Assembly (NCBI GenBank): GCA_035532595.1
Contig: DATKQU010000209.1
Coordinates: forward strand, 1-59,561
Origin: Terriglobia bacterium
GTDB taxonomy: Bacteria; Acidobacteriota; Terriglobia; UBA7540
Length of the DNA stretch: 59,561 nucleotides
Direction of reading: 5' to 3'
This document shows positions 10,544 through 20,025 of the stretch, in pieces (within the stretch, counting starts at the first letter, position 1; every line of letters starts with the position of its first letter). Under the pieces are notes generated by a model. The model did not search any database. It was not told where the DNA came from and saw only the letters and a program-made list of their open reading frames with translations. The translations under genes were made by a program, and so were the position numbers.

Positions 10544-10568
10544 TTGACAAATGTTCGAGTGCTATAAT
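10544..10568 (+). promoter_or_regulatory. Candidate promoter: perfect TTGACA and TATAAT hexamers with only a 13-nt spacer
   Basis: TTGACA at 10544..10549 and TATAAT at 10563..10568, about 110 nt upstream of the molybdo-enzyme operon. The spacer is shorter than the sigma70 optimum. Confidence 0.3.
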
Positions 10569-10675
10569 GGAGCCTCACCAAGTAATTGAACGGTCAGTGG
10601 TCTCAGTTTTGCAATGCAGTCGGGAACCCAAGTGCTCAAGTTGGGTAAAGCACAAATCCCCATAAGGAGCCCACA

Positions 10676-11332
10676 ATGAGACGAAAGAAAGACCGGCCTC
10701 GAGAAACAAACCCCGATAAAACTGCCTTAACGCGCCGGGATTTCCTGAAGGGCGCCGGCGTCACCGTATCCGGCGGATTGCTGGTCGGGAGCAAAGCTGC
10801 AGACGCCGCCCCGGCGCCGCCGGAGGCAGGGGTTGTGGGGCCGGGCGCCGTGCCGGTAACTCTCCGCGTAAATGGAAAAGTTCACAAGCTGAAACTCGAA
10901 CCGCGAGTCACGCTTCTCGACGCGTTGCGCGAACATCTGGACATTACGGGTTCGAAAGAGGTCTGCGACCGTGCCGTTTGCGGGTCCTGCACGGTAATGA
11001 TGGATCGCAAGCCTGTTTATGCCTGCACGGTTCTGGCTCTCGAAGCCGAAGGGCATGAGGTCACCACGATTGAGGGGCTCGCTGCAGATGGCAAGCTCAC
11101 CCCGGTGATGGCCGCCTTCGTTCGCCACGATGCCCAGCAGTGCGGCTTCTGCACGCCGGGATTTGTAATGGCCTGCACGGCGCTTCTGGAACGGAATCCG
11201 GACCCCTCTCTGGAGGAGATCGAGAAGGGGCTGGGAGGCAATCTGTGCCGGTGCGGAACCTACTGGGGCATCCGGCACGCGGTTCTGGACGTGGCAAAGG
11301 GAATGAAGGGAGGCGCATATGGCAAAGTGTAA
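10676..11332 (+). CDS. (2Fe-2S)-binding small subunit of a xanthine dehydrogenase-family oxidoreductase, Tat signal (PaoA-like)
   Basis: TRRDFLKGAGV Tat motif. Cys clusters CDRAVCGSCTV and CGFCTPG...CRCGTY. AAGGAG RBS. Confidence 0.9.
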   Translation: MRRKKDRPRETNPDKTALTRRDFLKGAGVTVSGGLLVGSKAADAAPAPPEAGVVGPGAVPVTLRVNGKVHKLKLEPRVTLLDALREHLDITGSKEVCDRAVCGSCTVMMDRKPVYACTVLALEAEGHEVTTIEGLAADGKLTPVMAAFVRHDAQQCGFCTPGFVMACTALLERNPDPSLEEIEKGLGGNLCRCGTYWGIRHAVLDVAKGMKGGAYGKV

Positions 11333-13484
11333 ATATGACTGGCCGCAGGCAGGCGAGCGCGAACTGATCGGCAAACGGATTGATCGGATTGACGGCCCGG
11401 AGAAGGCCAGCGGCCGGGCCAAGTACACTTATGATACGAACCGGCCGGGAATGCTTCGCGCCAAACTGCTGACCTGCCCTTACGCTCACGCCAAGATCAA
11501 ATCGATTGACCTTTCTTCCGCTCAAAACCTCCCGGGTGTCAAAGCCACGCTGGTTATTCAGGGGCCGGGTTCAGAGATTCAATGGGCCGGAGACGAAATC
11601 GCAGCCGTGGCGGCCGTTAGTGACGATATTGCGGAAGACGCCTGCCGGCGGATTCAAGTGGAGTACGAGCAGCTGCCGCACCTCGTTCGCGAAGAAGATC
11701 TGGACCGGGCGCAAGCGCAGGGCCGGACGAAAGCCGGCGGCGAAGAAACCACCGGCGACCCGGGCAAGGCCTTTCAGGACCCCGAAGCCGTCATTTCCAA
11801 AGGTTACTATGGGATTCCCGTCATTACGCATTGCTGCCTTGAATCGCATGGCAATGTTGCCGAGTGGCCTGATGCGAAGACCCTAAAGACGTGGTCTTCA
11901 ACGCAGAATGTTTCGGGCTTGCCAGGCCAGCTCGGCGCGGGACTGCGCCTGCAAAAAGTTGAGGTGGACGATAGCAACATTGAGACTGTCTGCCAATACA
12001 TTGGCGGAGGATTTGGCAGCAAGTTCTCTCCCGATCGCTGGGGCATCGTCGTTGCACAGCTCTCCAAGTTAGCGGGAAAACCTGTCCAACTGATGCTCGA
12101 ACGCAATATCGAGTTAGAGATGGCTGGGGCGCGGCCCTCGGCCTACGCGAAGATTCGCGTTGCCGCCAAGAAGGACGGTACGTTGACCGCGTGGGATTCA
12201 GAGTCCTGGGGAACCGGAGGGGTCGGACCCGCAGGTCATCCTCCCCTACCCTACGTGCTGCAGCCCCCGAACACGCACTGGAAACATACTATGATTGCTG
12301 CGAACGTCGGGCCCGCGCGCGCCTGGCGGGCGCCGAACCATCCGCAGGCCTGCCTGCTCACCCTGGGGGCGCTTGATGATCTGGCCGCCAAGCTGGAGAT
12401 GGATCCCGTCGAGTTTCTGATGAAAAATGCCCATCTTGCTCCACAGGGCTTGGGCCAAGTTTACACCGAGGAACTCCAAAAGGCTGCGGAACTTGCCGAA
12501 TGGAAGAAAAACTGGCATCCCCGCGGCGACAAAACTCCCGGGCACATCAAGCGCGGCATGGGAGTCAGTCTGCACACCTGGGGCGGAAGAGGCCACACCA
12601 GCTCCTGCAATGTCATTGTGCGCCCCGACGGCTCCGTCACCGTGCGCCTTGGGAGCCAGGATTTAGGTACCGGAACACGCACGGTCATCGCCATCTCCGT
12701 CGCCGAGACGTTGGGTCTTCCCGTCGAGGCCGTTAAGGTGGAAATTGGTGACAGCAAGTATCCGCCGGACGGCGCAAGTGGCGGCAGCACCACCGTGGGC
12801 GGAGTTTCCAGCTCCACTCGCCGCGGGGCTATCGATGCGCTCGATGAATTGTTTGCCGCGGTCGCCCCTTCGTTGGGTGTTCAGCCGGCGCAACTGGAGG
12901 CCTGGAACGGCCGGATCCGGGTCAAGGGCGATTCCTCAAAGAGTCTGACCTGGAAGCAGGCCTGCGCCAAGCTCGGGGTGAAGACCATCACGACCACGGG
13001 CAAGAACCCCGGCCCCTGCCACCTGAATGACAGCGGCGTGGGTGGCGTGCAAATCGCAGACGTTTCTGTGGACACGGAAACTGGTCAGGTCAAAGTCAAC
13101 CGAATCGTCGCCGCTCAGGATTGCGGCCTGGTAATCGACCTCAAGACGGCTGAAAGCCAAGTGTACGGCGCGCTGATCATGGGCATCTGTTACTCGCTCT
13201 TCGAGGAAAAGGTGATGGATGAAACGCTGGGCCGGATGCTCAATCCCAACATGGAGTTTTACAAGTTGGCTGGGATTGGAGATATCGGCGAGCTTATCGT
13301 GCACATGATGACGGGACCCGGCTATGACGAACGGGGAGTCATCGGGCTCGGGGAACCTCCCGTGATTTCCCCCGGTGCTGCGATCGCAAATGCCGTCGCC
13401 AATGCGATTGGGGTACGTGTCTCCACTCTCCCCTTAACTCCAGACAAAGTCCTGGCAGCTCTCGACAAAGGAGGTTTAGCCTGA
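11319..13484 (+). CDS. Molybdopterin-binding large subunit of a xanthine dehydrogenase-family oxidoreductase (PaoC-like)
   Basis: 721 aa. IGGGFGSK motif and a/b-hammerhead plus Moco-binding domain layout. Overlaps the small-subunit gene. Confidence 0.9.
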   Translation: MAKCKYDWPQAGERELIGKRIDRIDGPEKASGRAKYTYDTNRPGMLRAKLLTCPYAHAKIKSIDLSSAQNLPGVKATLVIQGPGSEIQWAGDEIAAVAAVSDDIAEDACRRIQVEYEQLPHLVREEDLDRAQAQGRTKAGGEETTGDPGKAFQDPEAVISKGYYGIPVITHCCLESHGNVAEWPDAKTLKTWSSTQNVSGLPGQLGAGLRLQKVEVDDSNIETVCQYIGGGFGSKFSPDRWGIVVAQLSKLAGKPVQLMLERNIELEMAGARPSAYAKIRVAAKKDGTLTAWDSESWGTGGVGPAGHPPLPYVLQPPNTHWKHTMIAANVGPARAWRAPNHPQACLLTLGALDDLAAKLEMDPVEFLMKNAHLAPQGLGQVYTEELQKAAELAEWKKNWHPRGDKTPGHIKRGMGVSLHTWGGRGHTSSCNVIVRPDGSVTVRLGSQDLGTGTRTVIAISVAETLGLPVEAVKVEIGDSKYPPDGASGGSTTVGGVSSSTRRGAIDALDELFAAVAPSLGVQPAQLEAWNGRIRVKGDSSKSLTWKQACAKLGVKTITTTGKNPGPCHLNDSGVGGVQIADVSVDTETGQVKVNRIVAAQDCGLVIDLKTAESQVYGALIMGICYSLFEEKVMDETLGRMLNPNMEFYKLAGIGDIGELIVHMMTGPGYDERGVIGLGEPPVISPGAAIANAVANAIGVRVSTLPLTPDKVLAALDKGGLA

Positions 13485-14470
13485 TGGAAGCCTTCGAATA
13501 CGCTAGCCCAAACACCACGCGGGATGCCCTTCAATTGCTGGGAAGCCAATGGGGCGAAATCGAGATTTTGGCGGGTGGAACCGACCTGATCAGCGCCATG
13601 AAGGACCGGATTACAACCCCCAAGCGGGTGGTAAGCCTGAAGAAAATCAAGGGGCTGAATCGGATCGAGTTCAGTGAACGCTCAGGGCTTCGAGTGGGCG
13701 CGCTGGTCACCATCCAGGAGATATTGGACAACCAGATGGTGCGCGAACACTATCCTGCTCTCCGGGAGGCTGCCGACGGCATTCGCGGCGAGCAGATGCG
13801 CCACATGGGCACGGCGGGCGGTGAACTGCTTCAGCGCCCTCGATGCTGGTACTTTCGCAACGGTTACGGGCAGCTGGCCGAATACCAGGGCAAATCCTTG
13901 GTCCCGGACGGCCAGAATCGCTACCATGCGATCCTGGGCAACTCGGGGCCGGCTTATTTCGTCAATGCCTCGAGCCTCGCCCCGGCGTTGATCGCGCTGG
14001 GCGGCAAGGTTCGGCTCCACGGGCCGGACGGCGAGCGCGAGGTTGAACTCGGCAAATTCTATACCACGCCCACCAAGGAAGGTGAGCGCGAGTACGTTAT
14101 CAAGCCCAATGAGATCCTGACGGAAATTCTTGTCCCGCCGCCGCACGGATTGAGGATGGCCGTTTATGAAGTGAGAGAGAAGACGGCGCTCGACTGGCCG
14201 TTGGTTGCAGCGGCCGTCGTCTTGCACATGAAAGGCCGCACGGTTAAGAGTGCGCGTGTGGTCATGGGGCACGTGGCTCCTGTTCCCTGGCCTTCGCCCG
14301 AAGCCGAGCAGGCGATTGAGGGCAAAACTGTCACGGAGGAAGTTGCTGAAGAGGCGGGCAAGGCTGCCGTCAGCAAGGCCACTCCCTTAAGCCAGAATGG
14401 TTATAAGGTACGACTTGCCCAGGTCGCTGTGAAAAGGGCCATCCTGAGCGCCATGAAAGGAGAAGCGTGA
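13484..14470 (+). CDS. FAD-binding subunit of a xanthine dehydrogenase-family oxidoreductase (PaoB-like)
   Basis: LAGGTDLISAMK FAD-binding PCMH motif and a CO-dehydrogenase flavoprotein-like C-terminus. The start overlaps the upstream stop. Confidence 0.9.
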   Translation: MEAFEYASPNTTRDALQLLGSQWGEIEILAGGTDLISAMKDRITTPKRVVSLKKIKGLNRIEFSERSGLRVGALVTIQEILDNQMVREHYPALREAADGIRGEQMRHMGTAGGELLQRPRCWYFRNGYGQLAEYQGKSLVPDGQNRYHAILGNSGPAYFVNASSLAPALIALGGKVRLHGPDGEREVELGKFYTTPTKEGEREYVIKPNEILTEILVPPPHGLRMAVYEVREKTALDWPLVAAAVVLHMKGRTVKSARVVMGHVAPVPWPSPEAEQAIEGKTVTEEVAEEAGKAAVSKATPLSQNGYKVRLAQVAVKRAILSAMKGEA

Positions 14471-14691
14471 GTATGCCTGAGCCCATGAATTTGACCGGAA
14501 TCAGTCACGCCGCATGCCGCTGCCTCCGCTCGAAAGAAATGTTTATTGACGCCGAACCCGACACCAGAATTCCCAGCGGCAGCAGTGGAATCTTTTGGTG
14601 CATTCACACGCACAATTGTCTGGGGCCGGATGGTCAGGTTGCCGAGCCCGCAGGCTGCAAACCCGGCCGCGGATGCTATGAGTCCATTTAG
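14467..14691 (+). CDS. Small Cys-rich hypothetical protein, translationally coupled to the oxidoreductase operon
   Basis: GTGA overlap with the upstream stop (ATG alternative at 14473). Cys pattern CxC...WCxHxxNC...CxxxxxC. No family recognised with certainty. Confidence 0.45.
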   Translation: MSMPEPMNLTGISHAACRCLRSKEMFIDAEPDTRIPSGSSGIFWCIHTHNCLGPDGQVAEPAGCKPGRGCYESI

Positions 14692-15114
14692 GCCATGGGT
14701 CGCTTGTGTTGGCGTCCTCTGTTGTGATGGGCAGAAGCCGGAGATGAGTGAAGGGGTCGGGGTCGGGGTCGCTGCGCTCTCCCGCCGCCTCCGGGTTTTA
14801 GTTTACGCAAGCGAGAGTTTCCTCAATCCTCTGGAGGATTTCTTGAAACCTCCCACCCGTAACGCGAATCTAATATGTAGCAGATCTGGGCGACTGGGAG
14901 CTTCAGACCGGAAGAGAATAGTCTTCCTCACGGTGGAGCTGCAGAGCATGGGGCGCCGCACGCAGGGGCAAGTAGGGGCAAAGGAAACGATACAAGGCTG
15001 CGAGTAAACTTCCATTGAGCATTTCGTCTTCTGCGGCAGCCTTTGAAAGCAGGCTGAATCCTGCGATAAAATTTAAACTAATGCCGCGATGAAGTTGAAG
15101 TTAAGGGGGTGAAT

Positions 15115-15786
15115 ATGCGTCGAATCGTATTAATGAGCTTGGCCAGCCTGGCTCTTCTCGCTCTGGCCGCGATGCCGGGCAAGGCTGCCATTGAAGGAAA
15201 TTACCTTGAAGTGCGAAACGCCGATGTGTGGACGGGTCCGTGTTTTGCCAATTCGGAAGTAGACTTGGCAGGCAAGCAGGCGATTCTCGCATGGAAAATC
15301 ACCAACGGAAGTTGGGATGGGACAAACTTACAGGGTTTAAGCGTGGTTGCCGTGGTCAAGGCCAGCGCAACTCTTGGCGATCCTTTTCATGATCCGTATC
15401 CGGCTGAATCGGTCTTGATTCTGGATCAGAAGGCAACACCCCAGCAGCAAAAGGTGTTGATGCGTTTTGCCAAATCGCGAGCCGGCAAACTGCTGGGCCA
15501 CGTGGTCCGAGTGGATGTTGCTCCGATTGACCTGGTGGCCGGGACGGGCGCAAACCACGGGGAGGGTGTGCTGAAGGCGGGGAACCTTGCCGTGGTGAAG
15601 ACAAGGGCCCTCTGCCAAGGGGATATGATGTGCGGCAACGAGACCGTCTATTATCCGCCCCTCACTAAGGTTGCCCACTCCATGCCCGCCTTTACCCGGG
15701 AAGATGCCTTCCATGGTAAAGGGCTGGGGGTTGTCTGGAACAACCGTGATGGCCGCAGCGCGTTTGTGGGTACATTTTCCGACTAA
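15115..15786 (+). CDS. Exported hypothetical protein
   Basis: AAGGGGG RBS and signal peptide MRRIVLMSLASLALLALAAMPGKA. Function unknown. Confidence 0.6.
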   Translation: MRRIVLMSLASLALLALAAMPGKAAIEGNYLEVRNADVWTGPCFANSEVDLAGKQAILAWKITNGSWDGTNLQGLSVVAVVKASATLGDPFHDPYPAESVLILDQKATPQQQKVLMRFAKSRAGKLLGHVVRVDVAPIDLVAGTGANHGEGVLKAGNLAVVKTRALCQGDMMCGNETVYYPPLTKVAHSMPAFTREDAFHGKGLGVVWNNRDGRSAFVGTFSD

Positions 15787-15888
15787 CACCCGGGGCGATC
15801 GGCTGATTGGAACTATCAAAACGGGAAGCAAAGGCTTGTTTCCCGCTTCTTTTCTGTGCAGTCTTAACGTCTTTGCCAGGAGGTTGAC

Positions 15889-16569
15889 ATGCGACGGCTC
15901 TTGATTCTTTCCCTGGTTTCATATTTGGCAGTTACAGTTACGGCTTTCGCGCAAGGCGCATATAAAATCGGAGCGGGCAGTGGGCTCCCGGCAGGCGACG
16001 TCAGTCAAGCGGTCAAGGATTCTCTCCAACCGGATGGATCGCGCCTGCTCAGCAGCGCCGGCAAGGAATTATGCGAGGTCTGGCTGCGCAAGCAGCTCCC
16101 GGCCGCGGAAAATTCCGATGCGGCCGCCAATGTGCTTTATGGCAAAGTGGCGCCTGGAAGTCTGATTGGCGTCATCCATTTTGCTGATCCGGCGAAAGAC
16201 TACCGCGGCCAGGACATCAAAGCCGGGTACTATACCCTCCGATACGAACTGATTCCGGAGGACGGAAACCATATGGGCGTCAGCCAATACCGCGATTTTC
16301 TGCTCCTGGTGCCGGCCGCCGATGACCCCGACGGCAGCAAGCCCCTGACTTTTAAAGAGACCGTGAGCCTGAGCCGCAAAGCGGCGAACACGGGCCACCC
16401 AGGCGTGATGCTGCTGGACGCCATCAGCGACTCCGACAAGACTTTTCCTTCTGTGTTTCAGGATTACTCGCAGAATTGGGCGCTCCAGGTAAAGTCCCAG
16501 ATTGAAACGGGCGGCAAAGCACAGGACTACCCGCTGGCGATCGTCCTTGTGGGACAATATCAAGGCTAA
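15889..16569 (+). CDS. Exported hypothetical protein
   Basis: AGGAGG RBS and signal peptide MRRLLILSLVSYLAVTVTAFAQG. Function unknown. Confidence 0.6.
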   Translation: MRRLLILSLVSYLAVTVTAFAQGAYKIGAGSGLPAGDVSQAVKDSLQPDGSRLLSSAGKELCEVWLRKQLPAAENSDAAANVLYGKVAPGSLIGVIHFADPAKDYRGQDIKAGYYTLRYELIPEDGNHMGVSQYRDFLLLVPAADDPDGSKPLTFKETVSLSRKAANTGHPGVMLLDAISDSDKTFPSVFQDYSQNWALQVKSQIETGGKAQDYPLAIVLVGQYQG

Positions 16570-16606
16570 ATTGGCCGGGGAATGCCGTGGGGATGGGAAA
16601 GTCGAT

Positions 16607-17113
16607 ATGAGACTGGTGGGACCGCGTTTTCCGGGTGTTTGTTTGAAAAGAGCCCAAGGAACCCGTTCGCCGCTCGCAGGCCTTGCAGGAATCATGCTAT
16701 CCGTGCCGTTCTTGCTGGCCGCGGCCATGCCATCGCGGGCGGCGAATATGACGGATCATCAGACACTGGAGGGCAAGCTCATTTTCGTTTCCGGAACCGG
16801 ACCGGTTCTCGAAACTCCCGGCAAGAATTATCCCCTGGCGGGCCGCAATCAATACGTCTTTAACACGCTCAAGGACAAGCGGCTGCGCAATGACAAGGTT
16901 CGTCTGGAAGGGAAAATGCGCGCGGACGGCAATTTCCAGGTGGACGATTTTTACACGATTCATCACGGAGAGCTTTATCGCATTCGCTATTACTGTGAAA
17001 CCTGCAATATCGTGGCTCTCGATCCAGGAAAGTGTGTCTGCTGCCAGCAGCCCACGGAGCTTCAGGAAACCCCTCTCAACAAGCAGGATCACAAAGTCTT
17101 GACTACCCACTGA
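16607..17113 (+). CDS. Exported hypothetical protein with a C-terminal CxxC...CxCC cluster
   Basis: Internal ATG chosen (MRLVGP...). Hydrophobic signal LSVPFLLAAAMPSRA. C-terminus YYCETCNIVALDPGKCVCCQ. The start is uncertain. Confidence 0.5.
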   Translation: MRLVGPRFPGVCLKRAQGTRSPLAGLAGIMLSVPFLLAAAMPSRAANMTDHQTLEGKLIFVSGTGPVLETPGKNYPLAGRNQYVFNTLKDKRLRNDKVRLEGKMRADGNFQVDDFYTIHHGELYRIRYYCETCNIVALDPGKCVCCQQPTELQETPLNKQDHKVLTTH

Positions 17114-17301
17114 CGCGAGCACGCATCGACTTTCATCAGAAAACAGAAGGCTGCCTGGGGCTGCTGTGAACTGCGGGCCTGTGGCGGGTCTCAGGCATGG
17201 ATTGGAAAATCTGCGCCGCCCTCGCAGGGGAGTAAGAACACCCTGCGCCGGGAGCCTTTGCGCCGACGGTTTGGAAGCGATCGCTTGCCGCCAACCCGCG
17301 T

Positions 17302-18297
17302 CTAGTCGCGGGGAACGGGCGCTTCGTCTGGAATGAGCCTTTGGGCGCGCATCTCGGCCCAGAAGGCGGCGGGAATAGGATGGCTGATGAGACGGAAGTT
17401 TTCCTCCACCTCGGCCACCGATCTCGCCCCGGGAATCACTGCGGCCACGGCCGGATGCGCCAGCGGGAATTGCAGCGCGGCGGCCTTCATCGGAACCTGA
17501 TGCCGGTCGCAGAGTTCCTGGACCTTGCGCACCTTGTCAAGAATCTCAGGGGGAGCATCGGCGTAATTGAACTTGGCGCCCGGCCGGGCTCCGGTGGCAA
17601 GGACGCCGCTGTTATAAGGGCCGCCGATAATGATGCTGATCTGCTTTTTGACGCAGAGAGGCAATAACTCTCGAAGGGCTGTGTGATCGATCAAGGTGTA
17701 GCGTCCTGCCAGGAGGAAGCAGTCAAAGTTCCCCGCCCGCGCAAAGCGCGCCAGCATCTCCCACTGGTTCATCCCGGCGCCAATGGCCTTGATCTGCCCT
17801 TCGCTGCGCAGCTTATCGAGAGCGGGATAGGCGCCCTCGATCGCCTGCTCGTAATGATCGTCAGCGTCGTGGATATGCAGGATGTCCACCCGGTCCAGAT
17901 TCAGCCGCTTCTTGCTTTCCTCGAAGGAGCGCATCACGCCGTCGTAGCTGTAATCGAACTCTGGCTCGAAAGGCGCGGGGTTGATGTAGCAGTCATCCTG
18001 GAGCTGGGTGGCAGGATCGACCGGCACCAGCAAACGCCCGACTTTGGAGGCCAGAACCCGGGAGTCAGGATCGACTCCGGCAAGGCCCTTGCCTAAATAC
18101 ATCTCGCTCTTGCCATGCCCGTAAAGAGGGGCCGTATCAAAGAAATTAATTCCGAAAGCCAAGGCGCGCCGAACCGTCGCGACGGCGCTCTCCTCCGGCA
18201 CGGTCTCAAAGAGTCCGCCGAGCGCCGCGCCCCCCAGCCCCATCCGCGTCACCCGCAGAGACGTTCTTCCGATTTGAGCTTTGGCCAAGGGGTCCAT
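17302..18297 (-). CDS. Aldo/keto reductase (sugar/aldose dehydrogenase-like)
   Basis: Start moved to MDPLAKAQIGRTSLRVTRMGLGGAALG. AKR motifs FFDTAPLYGHGKSE and HIHD. The track N-terminal extension would overlap the divergent gene. Confidence 0.85.
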   Translation of the reverse strand: MDPLAKAQIGRTSLRVTRMGLGGAALGGLFETVPEESAVATVRRALAFGINFFDTAPLYGHGKSEMYLGKGLAGVDPDSRVLASKVGRLLVPVDPATQLQDDCYINPAPFEPEFDYSYDGVMRSFEESKKRLNLDRVDILHIHDADDHYEQAIEGAYPALDKLRSEGQIKAIGAGMNQWEMLARFARAGNFDCFLLAGRYTLIDHTALRELLPLCVKKQISIIIGGPYNSGVLATGARPGAKFNYADAPPEILDKVRKVQELCDRHQVPMKAAALQFPLAHPAVAAVIPGARSVAEVEENFRLISHPIPAAFWAEMRAQRLIPDEAPVPRD

Positions 18298-18453
18298 GGT
18301 TTTCTCCCTTTCTGTATCTTCAAAAAGATGAGAATGCTTGGAAAGTCCTGCTGCGCTGCAAGGGTCGGAATGTATCATGGTTTCCGCACGGCAAGCAAGG
18401 CGCTTTATAGATCGGTATTGCCTTCCCGGCCCCGGCACAGGTAAACTGCATCC

Positions 18454-20025
18454 ATGACTATGGAACCGATACCCTTGCAAGAAGTCGCTATTGTTATCCG
18501 TCCCGGAAAGGACAACGTCGCCGTGGCCACCGTGGACCTCCTCGAACCGGGCAAAGTGCTCGCTTACGGCAAGGAACTCATTACCCTGTCAGGCCGGGTC
18601 TTGAGGGGACAAAGCTTCGCCGTCCACACCGTGGAAGATGGCAAGCCTTACATTACTCTCGGCGACCCCATTGGAATAGCGCGCGGAACCGTCTTGCCCG
18701 GCACACCCATCGATACGACGAATCTTGAAAATCGCCTGCCGCGCATTCCGGTCCGCTATCGCGACAACCCCAAACCCTCGCCGCGCGATCCAAGCCTGGC
18801 GTCGAGAACCTTCGAAGGTTACGTGCGGGCCGATGGCAGCGTTGGAACGCGAAACCTGGTGGGAGTGGTCAGCTCGGGGATGTGTTCTTCCACTGAATGC
18901 CGGGAAATCGCCACCCGCGCCATGCGAGAGATTTATTCCCGCGAGCGGTTTCCGAATGTGGACGGCGTGGTTCCCGTCGTGCACGAGTCCGGATGCGGCA
19001 TGCCCGACGGCCGGGCGGTCGATACGCTCAATCTACTGCTGGCGGACTCGCTCCGCCATCCGAATCTGGGAGCCGCCATCTATATCGACCTGGGGTGCGG
19101 AAAGACCTGCGTGGAATGTTCCGCGCCTGTCTTCCAAGCCGGCGTCCCCGACTACAACCAGCGGGTGGTTAACATGACCATCCAGCATGTGGGCGGAAGC
19201 CAGCGCACGGTGGAACGCGGCCTGCAAATCGTCGAGAAACTTCTCCATAACGCCAACCAATTCCGGCGGGAACCAGTTCCGATTTCCAAGCTGATTGTGG
19301 GAACCAAGTGCGGCGGATCCGACCGCTGGTCAGGAGTGACGGCCAATCCCGCCGTGGGCGTCGCCGCCGACATGTTCGTGAAGGCGGGGGCGGCGGTGCT
19401 GCTGCCCGAGATCCCTGAGCTGCAAGGGGCCGCGATGGTGGACCTGGTCCGGCGGGCTCGTACCCGGGCCGTGGGCCACAAGCTCATGCAGGCCCTCAAA
19501 CGCTACGAGAAATACGCCCGGATGTTTGGTGAAGACTTCCGCGACAACCCTTCACCCGGCAATAAGAAGGGCGGACTTTACAACATCTATCTGAAATCGA
19601 GCGGCGTCAAGGCCAAGGGAGGGAGTTCCATTGTCGAAGACCTGATCGAATACGGAGAATGGCTGGGCGATCGCAAGGGACTCTATGTGCTTTACACGCC
19701 AGGTTACGACCAAATTTCGACTCCCGCGCTGTTCCTGAGCGGCGCGCAGGTGGCGCTGTTCACCACCGGGAGAGGAACCGGCATTGGATGCGCCCTGGGC
19801 CCGGTGATGAAACTCGGCACCAACCCGTACCTTGCCAAAACCTACGCGGATATCGACATCGATGCAGGCGTTATCCTGGAGAACAAGGCCACCATCGAAG
19901 AGGTGGGGGGAAATATCTTTGAGGAAACCCTGGCCGTGGCTTCAGGCCAAAAGCTCGCACGGGCTGAAGAAACGGGATTCCATCACGAATTCAAGATTTG
20001 GGAATCGCTCTGGCCTGCTAATTGA
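18454..20025 (+). CDS. UxaA/GarD-family sugar-acid dehydratase (altronate/galactarate dehydratase-like)
   Basis: N-terminal SAF domain (IRPGKDNVAVATVDL). 523 aa with a C-terminal dehydratase domain carrying conserved Cys/His residues. Divergent from the AKR gene. Confidence 0.9.
   Translation: MTMEPIPLQEVAIVIRPGKDNVAVATVDLLEPGKVLAYGKELITLSGRVLRGQSFAVHTVEDGKPYITLGDPIGIARGTVLPGTPIDTTNLENRLPRIPVRYRDNPKPSPRDPSLASRTFEGYVRADGSVGTRNLVGVVSSGMCSSTECREIATRAMREIYSRERFPNVDGVVPVVHESGCGMPDGRAVDTLNLLLADSLRHPNLGAAIYIDLGCGKTCVECSAPVFQAGVPDYNQRVVNMTIQHVGGSQRTVERGLQIVEKLLHNANQFRREPVPISKLIVGTKCGGSDRWSGVTANPAVGVAADMFVKAGAAVLLPEIPELQGAAMVDLVRRARTRAVGHKLMQALKRYEKYARMFGEDFRDNPSPGNKKGGLYNIYLKSSGVKAKGGSSIVEDLIEYGEWLGDRKGLYVLYTPGYDQISTPALFLSGAQVALFTTGRGTGIGCALGPVMKLGTNPYLAKTYADIDIDAGVILENKATIEEVGGNIFEETLAVASGQKLARAEETGFHHEFKIWESLWPAN

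Noticed and set aside
10569-10675. Moco riboswitch in the leader of the molybdo-enzyme operon
   Set aside because: I could not recognise the conserved Moco-motif core by eye. An Infernal scan with the Moco_RNA_motif model would settle it.
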